64,000 bases of DNA from the NCBI GenBank assembly GCA_951406725.2, contig OX597831.1, forward strand, positions 28,892,001 to 28,956,000. The letters run 5' to 3'. Below, in pieces: positions 1 to 13,556 of this stretch; the first letter of the stretch is position 1; every line of letters begins with the position of its first letter. The DNA comes from Octopus vulgaris (Eukaryota). The position numbers and the translations under genes were made by a program. The notes beneath the pieces are model-generated. The model had not been told where the DNA came from, ran no database searches, and was given only the letters and a program-made list of their open reading frames with translations.

Positions 1-750
1 AAGATGGCAATAAATGCGAGTGAAAAATATTGTATTATCTTACATATACTGTTTGATTATCCCATAACATTTCGGGAAAGATTCCTCTTTTCAAATGGAA
101 GACAGAAAATAACCAAAAAGTTCAGAGAAATGTGTTGTTACAACACTTTTCTCATCAAGTATTTTCTTTCTATTTGAAAGATTACCAAAATATTATAGAC
201 CCATTATACACTCTATGTAAGATAATGCAAAATATTTTGTTTTCATTTATTTACATCACCTTATATATGTTGCCTAACTTCTCTCCAGCAATGCTCACAG
301 ATATTATTTGCATTTATATCATTTACATATATTGCAATGCTTCAAGCAAATTACAATAACCATAATAATGATGATTTCATTCACTGGCCACAAGAGCCTG
401 GGACACTGGAGACAGTACAAACATGAAATGCACAGAAAAACAACAAACAAGAAACAGTGTGTATTTATGTGGGTTGCAGGGAGTAAAACAGATCAACAAT
501 AACAACAAAAACAACATAAAACAAGACTAAAAAACAGGGGAGGTAACCTCGCATTACTCTGATGCAACAAAATCAAGTGTTTTTTTGCCCCAGTCCTTGC
601 CACCAGCCTACATCTAGAGAGTGTGTATCATTTAACCATGCTAATTTCCCTACTCTCATCCACATTACATAAAATGTACTGTGGGGCAGCATCCCACTCT
701 CTGTTATCTTACCATCATAAATCAAAAATTATAAACAATTATTATTATTA

Positions 751-1112
751 TTACCTCTGCCTTTGATCAGGCGGAGGTATTGTTTCAGTCGTATTTGTTT
801 GCTTGTTTGTCTATGGACAAAGATATCTCAAGAACCACTGGATGGATTTGGATGAAATTTTCAGGGATGTTTGGCCTCGTGACTGGCACAAACTGATTTT
901 GGGATCAATCTGGTTCCAGATAAGGATTCTGGATTGTTTTTATTTTTTTACTTAATTTTTGAGAGTAGTCAGGTTCATTTTTAGTATAATCGTTTGTGAC
1001 AGCATTCGAGTTTATTTCAGATATTCTCATTTTGAAAAAATCATCTCTGGCTAATCGTTGAGAGGACGTTGGTGTTGCCTTGGTGGAGATTTGTGCTCTC
1101 TGAGTGCTCGTT
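751..1112 (+). mobile_element. Helentron-associated (HINE/DINE-like) element
   Basis: 5' ttacctctgcc...ggcggaggta stem, gttt/gtct microsatellite, 3' ggtggag...ctctgagtgct; second copy at 52760-53132. Confidence 0.7.
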
Positions 1113-1849
1113 ATTATTGTTTTACTTCTTAGAGTGCTTGGGCTTGTTTGCTTGAGAGCGGACAGCAGCCTGTTGTCAGAGGTCTCACAAGGTCCCTTTC
1201 TGCACATTATAAACCTTGCTACTTGGTTGTGAATTCAACATCCAAGTACCAATCTCAAAATCCTAGCTGTCCCCAGCAGAGCAGTTTTGGGGGTTTGCTC
1301 TGCTCCCATGTCAATTCTGATTTCTCTGACATTTCTAAAACTTGGCTCAATACTCCAAAATTTCAGGCCTTGCGTCTACAGTAGAAAGATTAGCATTATT
1401 ATTATTATTATCAAGGTAGCGAGTTGGCAGAATTGTTAGCACACGGGGCAAAATGCTTAGCGGTATTTTGTCTGCCACTACATTCTGAGTTCAAATCCAG
1501 CCAAGATTGACTTTGCGTTTCATCCTTTTGGTGTTGATAAATTAAGTAACAGTAAAATACTGGAGTGGATGTAAATGCCTAGTCCCTTCTCCATAAGTCT
1601 GACACCTTGTTCTTCCAGTTGAAAGGATTATTATTATTATTATTATTACTAAGGCGGTGAGCTGGCAAAATCCTTAGCATGTCTGACGAAATGCTTAGCA
1701 GTATTTCGTCTGGTTTTACATTCTAAGTTCAAATACAGCTTAGGTCCTTTTAGGGTCAATAAAATAAGTACTTATGGAGTATTTTGGTCGATGTAATCAA
1801 TGAGACCCTCTCCTTCAAATTTTTTATCTATTTTTCTTATTCTTTCTTT

Positions 1850-2235
1850 TACCTGTTTCAGTCATTTAACTGCAGCCATGCTGGGGCACCGCCTTTAGTT
1901 GAGCAAATCGACCCCCAGGACTTATTCTTTGTAAGCCTAGTACTTAATCTATCAGTCTCTTTTGCTGAACCACTAAGTTATGAGGACGTAAACACACCAC
2001 CATCAGTTGTCAAGTGATGTTGGGGATACAAACACAGATACATAAACATATACACACACACGCACATACGGCGGGCTTCTTTCAGTTTCCTTCTGCCAAA
2101 TCCACTCACAAAGCTTTGGTTGGCCCAAGGCTATAGTAGAAAACACTTGCCCAAGGTGCCACGCAGTAGGACTAAACCCGGAACTATGTGGTTGGTAAGC
2201 AAGCTACTTACCACACAGCCACTCCTGCACCTATA
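1850..2235 (-). mobile_element. tRNA-derived SINE family A
   Basis: Head ggtgcaggagtggctgtgtggtaag with A/B boxes, internal (TA)n/(TG)n, tail aaatgactgaaacaagtaaaaga; many copies in window. Confidence 0.85.
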
Positions 2236-2354
2236 GTCACAAAGCCTGAAATTTTTAGGAGTAGTCAATGGCATTGGACCCTTCAAAAATGAAAAGCAAA
2301 GTCAGTTTTGATGGAATTTGAACCAGGATCATAAAGAGTTGGAAAAAATGTCAT

Positions 2355-2517
2355 AGGTGCAGGAGTGGCTGTGTGGTAAGTAGCTTGCTAACCAACCACA
2401 TGGTTCTGGGTTCAGTTCCACTGCGTGGCATCTTGGGCAAGTGTCTTCTGCTATAGCCCCGGGCTGACCAATGCCTTGTGAGTGGATTTGGTAGACGGAA
2501 ACTGAAAGAAACCTGTC

Positions 2518-2573
<56 letters not shown>

Positions 2574-2770
2574 CTCTGTTTGTCCCCCTAGCATTGCTTG
2601 ACAACCGAAGCTGGTATGTTTACATCCCCGTAACTTAGCGGTTCGGCAAAAGAGACCGATAGAATAAGTACTGGGCTTACAAAGAATAAGTTCCGGGGTT
2701 GATTTGCTCGACTAAAGGGGGTGCTCCAGCATGGCCGCAGTCAAATGACTGAAACAAGTAAAAGAGAGTA
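2355..2770 (+). mobile_element. tRNA-derived SINE family A (inverted relative to 1850-2235)
   Basis: Full-length copy. Confidence 0.85.
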
Positions 2771-2989
2771 AGTATTTATTCTGCCACTCTAATGACTTAA
2801 ATAATATTTTCTCTACTTTGGTTTCAGGTCGCAATAAATTGTTGGAGTAAGAGAAGGGAAGAGTTGATTACATATTTAGTAGTAATTAACTATGTTGTTC
2901 TTCAGATTTATCATCCCCAGAATCATTAAAAGCAATTTCTAACTTGGTGAGATTTGAACTCATAACTCTGACGTCTGGCAGCTTACTTG

Positions 2990-3385
2990 GCAGACGCCCA
3001 TAAAATTATTAACCATCTCACAAACAATAACTCTGGGCACCTTTTCAAATTCCACCCGTGGACATATTTACAAAGTCAGAAAACAGCACAGCTCCCATGA
3101 CTTTAGGAAACATTTTTTCACGCTGAGAGTTGCTGAAGCATGGAACAAACTGCCGGCATCAGTTGTTAGTTGTCGGAGCACTGCATCCTTCAAAACTTCC
3201 ATGCTTTCTGAGATTCGCCAACACTACACCTGATTTTCTCCCCTCCATACACACACAAGCATGTATCTGACTCATACATTGTTCGCTTTCCAGACATTCG
3301 TACATTACTGCATATACTTTATACGCACTTTCTGACAAGTTGTGGTGCACCTGAGCACTGTATACAATAATTTCCTTATTATTTT
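2990..3385 (+). mobile_element. 3' fragment of a CR1/L2-clade LINE
   Basis: Translates TRGHIYKVRKQHSSHDFRKHFFTLRVAEAWNKLPASVV...SFK, a typical ORF2 C-terminus, then a UTR with a tta/att tail. Confidence 0.8.
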
Positions 3386-4439
3386 TTTTTTTTTAAAGAA
3401 CTGTAGCACTTTATACTTCTATATTTAAGAGATGAGGAATTATGTACATTATTTACATTTGATGGATATTTGTCCTCATCAGACAAAACATTGTGTTAAC
3501 AAGAAGATGAGGACAAATATCCGTCAAATGTAAATGATATGTAGCACTTTGTTCTGAGAAACTAAAATACAGGCATTTTCTCTTACAAGTTCTTCCAGAT
3601 ACCTCCCTGGATGCTCCACTGATTTTACTACTCCATCTCCCCACATGTGCCACCAATTCTGACAGCCCACCTCTAAGGATGTTCCACCGACTCTACCACT
3701 TCACCTCTCCTGATGCATTATTGATTCTACCTGTCTACCTCCCTGGATGCTCCATCAATTCTACAAGTCCACCTCCACCAACTCAGTCAATACAGTGTTC
3801 TGACGTTCTAACAATGATTTCCACGTTAAGAACAATAATAATGTTTGTAGACCGCATGGTGTCAAGTAGTGATGCAAACCTACAACTCAACGTCAGAATT
3901 TTGTAATAATTAAAAAACAAAAACAAAATATAACAATTTGTAAACTTTTGGTAGAATGTGAAATAATTCTCCTTTTGGAACAGTGGATCTTGAAGCACAT
4001 AAAGCTACAAAGAATAGCAAGTAAATATTTGGTTAAAAAACTGTTTGAATAGAAAAAGTTGAAGGTTGTTTGTGGAAGATGAACTGACATCTCCAACAGT
4101 TTTTTGAGGCTTTTTCTATCCAAACAGCTTATCAATCTATTACTTATATGCTAACTGTTATAGCCTTATGTGCTTCATGATTCACTGTTCCAAAAGAACT
4201 TTTAAAAATAGTAAAAATATTAGCTTTGGTCAACTGTGACCTCATATGACTTCTGCTCAAAATAATCATGAAAAAGACACCAAAAGAAGAATATTACAAG
4301 AAGTAATTGTTTAATTTAATTAACCAGTTAATTAATTAAGGAATGCTTTCAGAATGAAAACAAAAAAAAAACATAACAAACAAGATGTATAACAACAACA
4401 TCAATATCAATAAAAATAATAATAATCTCAATAATAATA

Positions 4440-5290
4440 ATAATGGTTTCAAATTTTGGTACAATGCCAGCAATTTTAAAGGAGGAGGAAATAAATCAAT
4501 TACACCAACCCCCAGTAACCAACTGAAAAGACTAAAGGCAAAGTCTACCTTGGCAGAATTTGAACCAAGAACATAACAACTGGAAGAAACGTCACCAAAT
4601 ATTTCATCCAGGGTGCAATTCTGCTTCGTTGCTGCCTAATAATAATAATAATAATAATAATAATGATAATAATCTTCTCTACTGGGAAGAGATTAAGTCA
4701 ATTACATCAATTCCACTGTGTAACTGGTTCTAATTTTATCAACCCTGAAAGGATGAAAGTCAAGTTTGACCTTGGCGGAATTTGAACGCTGGGTGAAATA
4801 CCGCTAAGCATTTTGTCCAGTGTGGTACTGATTCTACCAGCTCACTGCCTTAATAATAATAATGATAATAATAATTATGGTTTCAAATTTTAGCAGAATG
4901 CCAGCAATTTCGGGAGAGGGGATAAGTCGATTACATCGACCCCAGTACTCAACTGGTACTTTATTTTATTGACCCTGACAGGCAAAATCAACCTTGGTGG
5001 AATTTGAACTCGGAACATAAACGCAGATGAAATCCCGTTAAGTTTTTTTTCCTGGCGTGCTAATGATTCTGCTAGCTCACTGACCAATAACAACAACAAT
5101 AATAATATTAATGGTTTAAAATTTTTGCACAAGGCCAGCAATTCTAGGGAGAAGACAGTTAGTCTATTACAGCAATCCTAGTATTTAACTGGTTTATCAA
5201 TGCTGGGTGAAAGAAAAGCAAAGTTAACCTCAGCAGGATTTGAACTCAGAATGCAAAGAGCCAAACTGAATACTGTAAAGCATTTTTCTA
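4440..5290 (-). mobile_element. Cluster of four SINE family B copies separated by (AAT)n
   Basis: Family B consensus ggcggtgagctggcagaatcgttagc...gagttcaaattc...ctttcatcctttcggggtcgataaattaagtaccag; other copies near 1413-1820, 14800-15035, 25500-25705, 27760-27970, 28505-28920, 35990-36290, 53173-53320, 60615-60840. Confidence 0.8.
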
Positions 5291-6059
5291 ACTATTCTAT
5301 CACCTTGTTGCTCTCATGAATACAACAACAACAAAAATAATTCTTGTGAATGGAAAAAAGAATTAAATTTAAAAAAATAGTATATATCAATTATAAAAAT
5401 TGTGTGTGTTCTTTAAAATTAATTTGGTTTCAAGTCCTCTCCCACTCCACAGAAAAATTATAATTTTAAGTAGTTAAATAATTACTATTAAATTTTTGTT
5501 TGATCAATTTTTTTCTAAACATATATACTTTTCAAACATTATATACATGTACATTCTTGTGCTTCTATTCATATATGTGTGTATATATACATATATATAT
5601 ATGCATATGTATGTGTGTATATATGTATAATATTAATAAAGGGTAAAATTAATTAATTAATTAATTAATAATTAATAATTTTACCAAGTAGTTTGGTATG
5701 CTAAAAGAAACATAATTGGTAAACTTATACATAAAATTCTATAAATATGAGTATAATTATAATTAGGGTTCAGCAAAAATTTGCTTCACCACATACCAAA
5801 ATTTAGAAATAGCAGTTAAAACTATTTCACTATAAATAGTTAGTTTTATTAAGGCTGCAAGCTGAAAGAATCGTTAATATGTCAGACAAAGTGTTTAGTA
5901 GCACTTCAGTTTGACTTTGTCTTTCATCCTTTAAGGATTGATAAAATAAGTACCAATCAAGAACAGGAGTCAATGTAATCAACTTACCCCTCCCCTCAAA
6001 AACTATTGGCCCTGTGCCAAAGTTTGAAGCCATTATTATAATTATTATTATCATCATCC

Positions 6060-7710
6060 TTGTTCAACTTATCATGGCATTTTTCATTCAAGCGTTGTCC
6101 CTTCAACAATCTTAACCTATGGAACAACATCAATGTCATAACAGATATATTTCACATAATCAAACAGTTTTTACAAAAATCTATAAATTTATGCATTAAA
6201 ACACAAAACTTTTTTTTTATAAAATCAAGGGAATTTCCACAAGTCCTGCTAATTACTGTAATTAATTATTATCAATTACCAACAAATATAGCCACTAAAG
6301 GTCATTTCCAGTGGTAACGAAGGTAGTTATTATTATTGCAGACTAGAGACCAATTAAAATTGAATTGCATGGATTTAATTATTTTATTTAAAAATTTGCT
6401 CTCCATTAAATTATTTTTTATTAAGTTAATATTTATTTCAATTTTCAATTCTTTTTATTTTGTCAGATTATTACCTCTCCCTCAACACATTCAATTCAAT
6501 GTCCATCTAACTGTGTATCATCAGTCAGTCATCAAATACCAATAATTAAATATTTTAATTAGTTTGTTTTACAAATCAGTCAATAATTATTGACACTCTA
6601 CCTACAGTGTAAACTGCTTTACCATTATTATTATAATCATTATTACAATTATTATTATTATTTTTGGTCTTGAGCCAAAATTAGAGAAATCATAATTATT
6701 ATTATTATTTTGATATGTTTGTAACAATCACTAATTTTATTATATTATATAATAATATTATTGTTGCAGTATTTCAAGGGTGGTGATGATGATGGGTGGG
6801 GAGTGGCAGAATCGAACTGTTGCACTAAAAACTGGGCAGCATTAAATGTCACTATTTAGCCGCCTGTCTGTCTGTCTGTCTGTTTCGCTTCTCCCCATCT
6901 ACATATCAATCTATATATCTATATGTCTGTCTGATTCTCTCTCTCTCTCTCTCTCTGGCATGAGAGAAGAGACGGGTGGGGCAAATTGGGGAGGACGTTG
7001 TAAAGTAAAAGAAACAAAGAAAACCAAAAAATAGAATCAATATAAAATTGCAGGAGGTGGATACATGGGTGGGGGAAGAGAGAAAGAGAGAGGAAATACA
7101 ATGGAACACCCACACACACACCTAATACACACACACACATAAAATGCATAATATCATATATATCCATTTCAACCTATTTTTAGCAATCAGTTTCACACAG
7201 GGTATTAGATAACAGTGCAGTTACTAAACACCATGTGATCTTCAGAGATGGCAGATGCAGAAAAAATAAGGCTTGTAAAAGCACGTAGAGATAATATAGA
7301 TAATATATTAGTCAATCAAATTCCAATATAGCCTGATTCTCACATTTTGTGGATTTTTACAATTTTACAATATTAGAAAGTAACAAAATAAAATATACAA
7401 TATTTTCAAATATAAGCAAAATCTTTTCTTGTTATTAACAATCTTCAGATAATCATTTATGTGGTAGTAGTAGTAGTAGTAGATATAGCATTAACTAACA
7501 TTATTGAATGTTTGTTAATGTTACTACAACTACTACTACTACTACTACTACTACTGTATAAACATATAAACATTTGTTTGAAGGAAGTGAACATTAAGAA
7601 AATATACTGCCCGTATATGAAAAAAACTGCATATATTATTTTGTTACTTCTAGTGTAAAATTGTAAAAATTTTAAAATAAAATCTGAAAACTGGATAGAA
7701 ATTTGGTTGA

Positions 7711-7744
<34 letters not shown>

Positions 7745-8006
7745 CATATGTATATAATATTATATATATATATATAATATATATATATTATATATAATAT
7801 ATACATATTATATATAATATATACATATTATATATTATATATAATATATACATATTATATATAATATATACATATTATATATAATATTATATATAATATT
7901 ATATATATACATATTATATATAATATTATATATATATATATATATATAATATTATATATATACATATTATATATAATATTATATATATATATATTATATA
8001 TAATAT

Positions 8007-8061
<55 letters not shown>

Positions 8062-10471
8062 GTGTGTGTGTGTGTGTGTGAATATATATGGCAACTTCAT
8101 AGAGTGAATGAGAAAGATACACTGAAAAAGGATAGAGGAGTTGGTATGGCTTTTAATGACATTTTAAATACTTGCATCAATCTATACAATATTACTACAC
8201 TATGTCTTATGACCAGTAAGACGACCATCACCATCAAAATCAATAATAACAATGAAAACAACAAAAACCTGCAATAACAACAACAACATAATATTGACAG
8301 ATTGGTGGTTACACAGGTTGGGAGCAGGAGAAGTTTGTGTATTTACAAAGAAAACAAATATATCAACAATGAAGAGAGAAAGAGAGAGAGAGAGAAATTT
8401 ACAATCATCCTGGCTAGGTAGCTAGAGACTCCGAAAAGAAGAGACTCACTCACACACATATACATACATACAGGGGTGGTGGTGGGGAGCCGTAGGTGAC
8501 TGCTGATTACAGAAATTTATTGCAGAAACCAAGAATGAATTGGTTACAGACCCAAACAGCATCCATCCATTCTTCAACACGTATCTCAACAGATTTACTT
8601 TCAAAGCAATCATTTAATTAATTAAGTCGTTAGTCTATGTTACATAATACACCACCATCATCATCATAATCATCTCTCTGTCTATCTCTCTCTCTCGTTT
8701 CAATTTACTTGACTGACATCTCAGGTCAGCTAAGTCTGTCGGTCATCCCATCAGAGAGTGACCCTAAAAACTGACCATCATTCGCAGCTGATTTAGGTTC
8801 AAATTACAACAGAAGACAACTTTTTATAACTTTTATCACACCACCATTATTATTATTATCATTAACATTATTATTAACATCATCATCATCAACAATATCA
8901 TTTTTATCTTCCACTGGTCCTTTCCAAATATCTCACCTGTTTTAATCTTCGGCAACATATTTTTTTTTCGACCAAAATTCTATCTCAACCAGAAATACCA
9001 ACTGACTGATATGTTTTAATATTTTCCAATCTACATTTTATTCAGTTCCATTTCCATTCTCTTCAGTTCTGCTTTTTTTTTTCTTTTATCAAAACAAATC
9101 TTTTTTTTTTGTTCACCTGTTCACATTTCTCCAACTTCACTTTTTTTTAATTTCATTCCAATGTCACAAAATCAGTCATATATATATATACACACACACA
9201 GTCGTGTGTGCGCGTGTGTGTGTGTGTGTGTTTATGTATATGCATATATGTATCATGTACTGTTCTGCTATGGGTGAGATTTAACAAAGAATGCACTCCA
9301 TCCCTTAAGAGATAAATATCACCTAATATACACAGGATTTAAATGTGAGCCACTATGAGTTTCATACCTCTGATAATAACTACAATAGTGAGAAGAACTC
9401 ATATAATGTGCTGTGTACTATCAGATTTCCTGACAGAACACACATGGTATACAAGCTTGTCTGACAATTGTATTATAAGAAGCATGAAACTTATAGTAGC
9501 TCGGATTTAAATCCTGTGTGTGTGTGTGTATATATATATATATGTGTGTGTGTGAGTGTGTGTATATGAATATATGTCTGTGAGGGGTGTATGCATGTAT
9601 GCATATATATATATTAGTGTGTTGCTAATATGTTTGAAGGAGGGGGAGAGAGACTAAACATATGTTGCCCTCATAGAAGTTTACATTTTATTTTATTTTA
9701 TATCATTTTTTGTTTTCCTTCTTTGGTAAATGTGGTTCCTGCTGTAATCAAAAGATTCTTCAAATAGTTTAAAGTTTTTGATGTTTTTGTGAAGAAAAAA
9801 ATAAAGTGAGTGAAGAATATCTAAGTGTAACTTTTTTTGTTATTTTCGAAGTTCTTTTATATTTCTTGCATTTTGCTTCTCTAGTGCTTCCATTTCAAGA
9901 ATTGGAAACTCCTTCCTTCCTTCTCTTCTTCTTTCCTTCACTCACTCCTGCAAAACTCATTCTTTCTTTTCTTCCATCAAATATGCTTTACATTACTAAT
10001 TCCATTGCAAAGATACAAACGACAGACACACACACACATATATACATACATACATACATACATACACAAACATCAGTGTGTGTGTGTGAGTGCGTTAAAT
10101 ATATATAAGTACATATATACATACATCAGTATGTGTGTGTGTGTGTGTGTAAATATATATGAATACATATATACATGCGTTAGTATGTATATGTGTGTAC
10201 GTATATAAATATATATACATACACACCAAAGCCACATGTTTATATACCCACACACATATATGCATATGTACATGTCTGTATGCGCAAGTGAATGCTTGTG
10301 TACATATATGTATGTGTGTGTGTATGTATACATATACACACACACATAATACTTCACTAAATTTGTTTCTTATTTCAGTCCAACAAATAATTATTCTATT
10401 GTTCTATTTAAATATTTATTTTATTCATTTCGCAATTATTAAAATTATTATTAAAGTACGATTGAACTATG

Positions 10472-10507
<36 letters not shown>

Positions 10508-10629
10508 CAGAGACAGAGATGGGAAAGAGAGAGAGAGAGAGAAAAACATCAGAATATATATGGAAACACATACTCTTACAGACATACATCACTTATACAA
10601 AAAGCAGAAAGTGTTTTAGAAAGATTGTG

Positions 10630-10670
<41 letters not shown>

Positions 10671-10760
10671 AGACATACACAAATATAAATACACACATAT
10701 ATATTATATATATATATATATATATACATACACAAATATATATACACATACATATATATA

Positions 10761-10804
<44 letters not shown>

Positions 10805-10833
10805 TAAAGAGAAAGTGGCGTGTGGTTGTGTGT

Positions 10834-10867
<34 letters not shown>

Positions 10868-11128
10868 TCACACTACCAGAAAGACAGAGACCCATCCACC
10901 CATCAGCCACCACCGTCGCTGCCACCACTGACATCACCACCATCACAGAAGGAAACCCCGCCGTATCGGCAGGGCTGGTGGGTAGCTGTATGGTCGATGG
11001 AGGTGGTGGTGGTGGTGGTGGTTGTGGTGGTGGTAGAGTTAGGTGGAGGTGGAAGAAGAAGAAGAAGCAGCAGTAGTGGCGGCGGCGGCGGCGGTGGTAG
11101 CAGCAGCAGCAGCAGCAGTGGCAGCAGC
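6060..11128 (-). other. Probable long 3' UTR of Myo5 (distal end uncertain)
   Basis: Follows the stop codon; about 5 kb lacking the SINE copies seen elsewhere; AATAAA on the minus strand at 6437-6432 and 6459-6454. Confidence 0.45.
7710..8080. repeat. (TA)n-rich microsatellite block
   Basis: Seen directly. Confidence 0.95.
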
Positions 11129-11374
11129 TCACACTCGTTTGAGGAAGGCCAAGTGTAGTTTGTCCGGTACGGTGACCCGCTCCAGAGCTATATTGGAAGG
11201 GTTGAAGGGGAAGGTGACCGGGAACGAGTACTGAGTGTCCATCAATAGGTTTGTGCCGGTGTCGTTTTGCCGGCTCTCCGCCAGCTTCTCCTGGACCTTA
11301 CGGATGAACGATATGGCCACCGTGTCATCTTCGTAGCCCCTTACCGGGGTGTATTGGTTGAGGATTTTCACAAT
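11129..11374 (-). CDS. Myo5: Myo5 last coding exon [17 protein letters not shown]...[31 protein letters not shown]
   Basis: tttcag|ATT; TGA at 11131-11129; typical myosin V C-terminus. Confidence 0.96.
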   Translation of the reverse strand: MVKILNQYTPVRGYEDDTVAISFIRKVQEKLAESRQNDTGTNLLMDTQYSFPVTFPFNPSNIALERVTVPDKLHLAFLKRV

Positions 11375-13507
11375 CTGAAAAGAGAGAAAAACATGAATAT
11401 GCAAATAGACAAATCATATAATTACAATATATATATATATACAATATTATATACTCATTACTCTTTTACTTGTTTCAGTCATTTGACTGCGGCCATGCTG
11501 GAGCACCGCCTTTAGTCAAGCAAATCGACCCCAGGACTTATTCTTTGTAAGCCTAGTACTTATTTTATCGGTCTCTTTTGCTGAACCACTAAGTTATGGG
11601 GACGTAAACACACCACCATCGGTTGTCAAGCGATGTTGTGGGGGACAAACACAAACATCATATACACACACATATATATATATATATATATATCACGTAA
11701 AAAGCACCCACTACACTCACGGAGTGGTTGGCGTTAGGAAGGGCATCCATCCATAGAAACACTGCCAGATCAGACTGGGACTGGTGCAGCCTTCTGGCTT
11801 CCCAGACCCCAGCTGAACCGTCCAACCCATGCTAGCATGGAAAGCGGACGCTAAATGATGATGATGATGATGTACATATATATACATACACGACAAGCTT
11901 CTTTCAGTTTCCATCTACCAAACCCACTCACAAGGCTTTGGTCAGCCTGAGGCTATAGTAGAAGACACCTGCCCAAGGTGCCACGCAGTGGGACTGAACC
12001 CATATAGATATATGCATATATACGATGGGCTTCATTCAGATTCCGTCTGCCAAACCCACTCTCAAGGCTTTGGTCGGTCCAAGGCTACAGTACAAAACAC
12101 TTGCCCAAGGTGCCAATATTCTGAACCCAGAACAATATTATATCATTATTATCTCCTTCATTATCCCTTGGAGGTCATCCTGTATCAGGAGGGCTACATC
12201 TATGTCATCCCCCGCCCCAATTTTTTTCTTTAACCCTTTGTATATTATGTTTCCCTTCCTTTTCCTTGTATCCTGTGTATATTTATCCCTTGTTGCTTTT
12301 TTATCTCATAATTTTATCATTTGGCTGCTGTTTATAATAGATTGTCAAGCTAATGCTTGACAATCTATTATAAATAGCAGCCAGGGAGTCATTATACAAT
12401 ATTTTCATTTGCTAGAAATAGCAGCCAGATTACTTGCAATCACATTCTACAAGTTTAAAAAAGACACGTTAGAACAGTGTTTCTCGTAGGGGAAGCCAGG
12501 GGCTCTTGGGTGGGCCTCAGAGATGGCAGAGGGCAGGCATATTGCCATGGTTAATAAAATTAAGGGGATTTTTAGCTTGTTAAACTTGTTCAACCTCATT
12601 GTGAAGGAAGAAATCTATAAATGGGGTTTAAAATTTTCCCTTTTTCTTCTATTTGTTCAGAGCAAGTATATATTTGTCAATTTGAGAACCACTGAATTAA
12701 ACAGTGAAGTTATAGATACACACAGAGATGGGATGGTCATAGTCAGAATGTCTTAACTAAAGACAGTCTTATAACTGTCATAAGTCTTAACTCTAAGACA
12801 ATCTTATGACTGCCATGATTCTTAATTATAAGACAATCTTATGACTGCAATAAGTCTTAATTATAAGACAGATTTTAACAGTAAGACAGTCTTATGACTG
12901 CCATGAGTCTTCATTATAAGACAGTCTTACGATTACCATAAGTCTTAATTATAAGACAGGTTGTAAGTGTAAGACAGTCTTATGACTGCCATAGGTCTTA
13001 ACAACTCTAAGACAACTTTAAGATTGCCTTAGATCTTAACTGTAAGACATCCTTAAGACTTGTGATAGGTCTTAACTACAAGACAGTATTTATGAATCTG
13101 CAATTAGTTTTTATGACAAAATAGCTTCTGATTCTGCTGTGAGTCTTAACTTTCACATATTTTTATGGTTCTTCTGTGTGATCTGAATCCTTACTGATAA
13201 AACTATCCAGAAAGATTCTAGTGAAACAGGAACCCACTTGTGGAACTCGCTTACCTGTGCTGTTTTTAGTTTAGGACACATCTGGCAAACACTGTCGACA
13301 TCAGCATCGGTCTTGCGTGCCTGCAACAGCTGAGATGCTTGTATGAGAGGTTCCATTGTAGAAAATGCCCCAGAATCTTGTAAGTGGTATTCTCTCAGCC
13401 ATTGTTCCAAATGTGATATATTATATCTAGAATAGAAAGAAAGAGAGAATGAGAATGAGAGAGAATGAGAGACAAAGTATATGAGAGAGGGAGAGATAGA
13501 TAGATGG

Positions 13508-13556
<49 letters not shown>

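Noticed and set aside
2355-2430. tRNA-like A/B boxes at repeat heads
   Set aside because: SINE heads continuing into a shared body and tail, not tRNA genes.
10005-10866. Numerous YIYI/THTH/CVCV ORFs here and at about 32055-32498, 42097-42461, 44131-44551 and 56968-57956
   Set aside because: Translations of (TA)n, (CA)n and (GA)n microsatellites.
10820-11128. Long open frames after or opposite the Myo5 stop (possible read-through)
   Set aside because: Trinucleotide low complexity (CTG/CCG/ACC) explains the lack of stops; TGA-G is not the favoured TGA-C read-through context.
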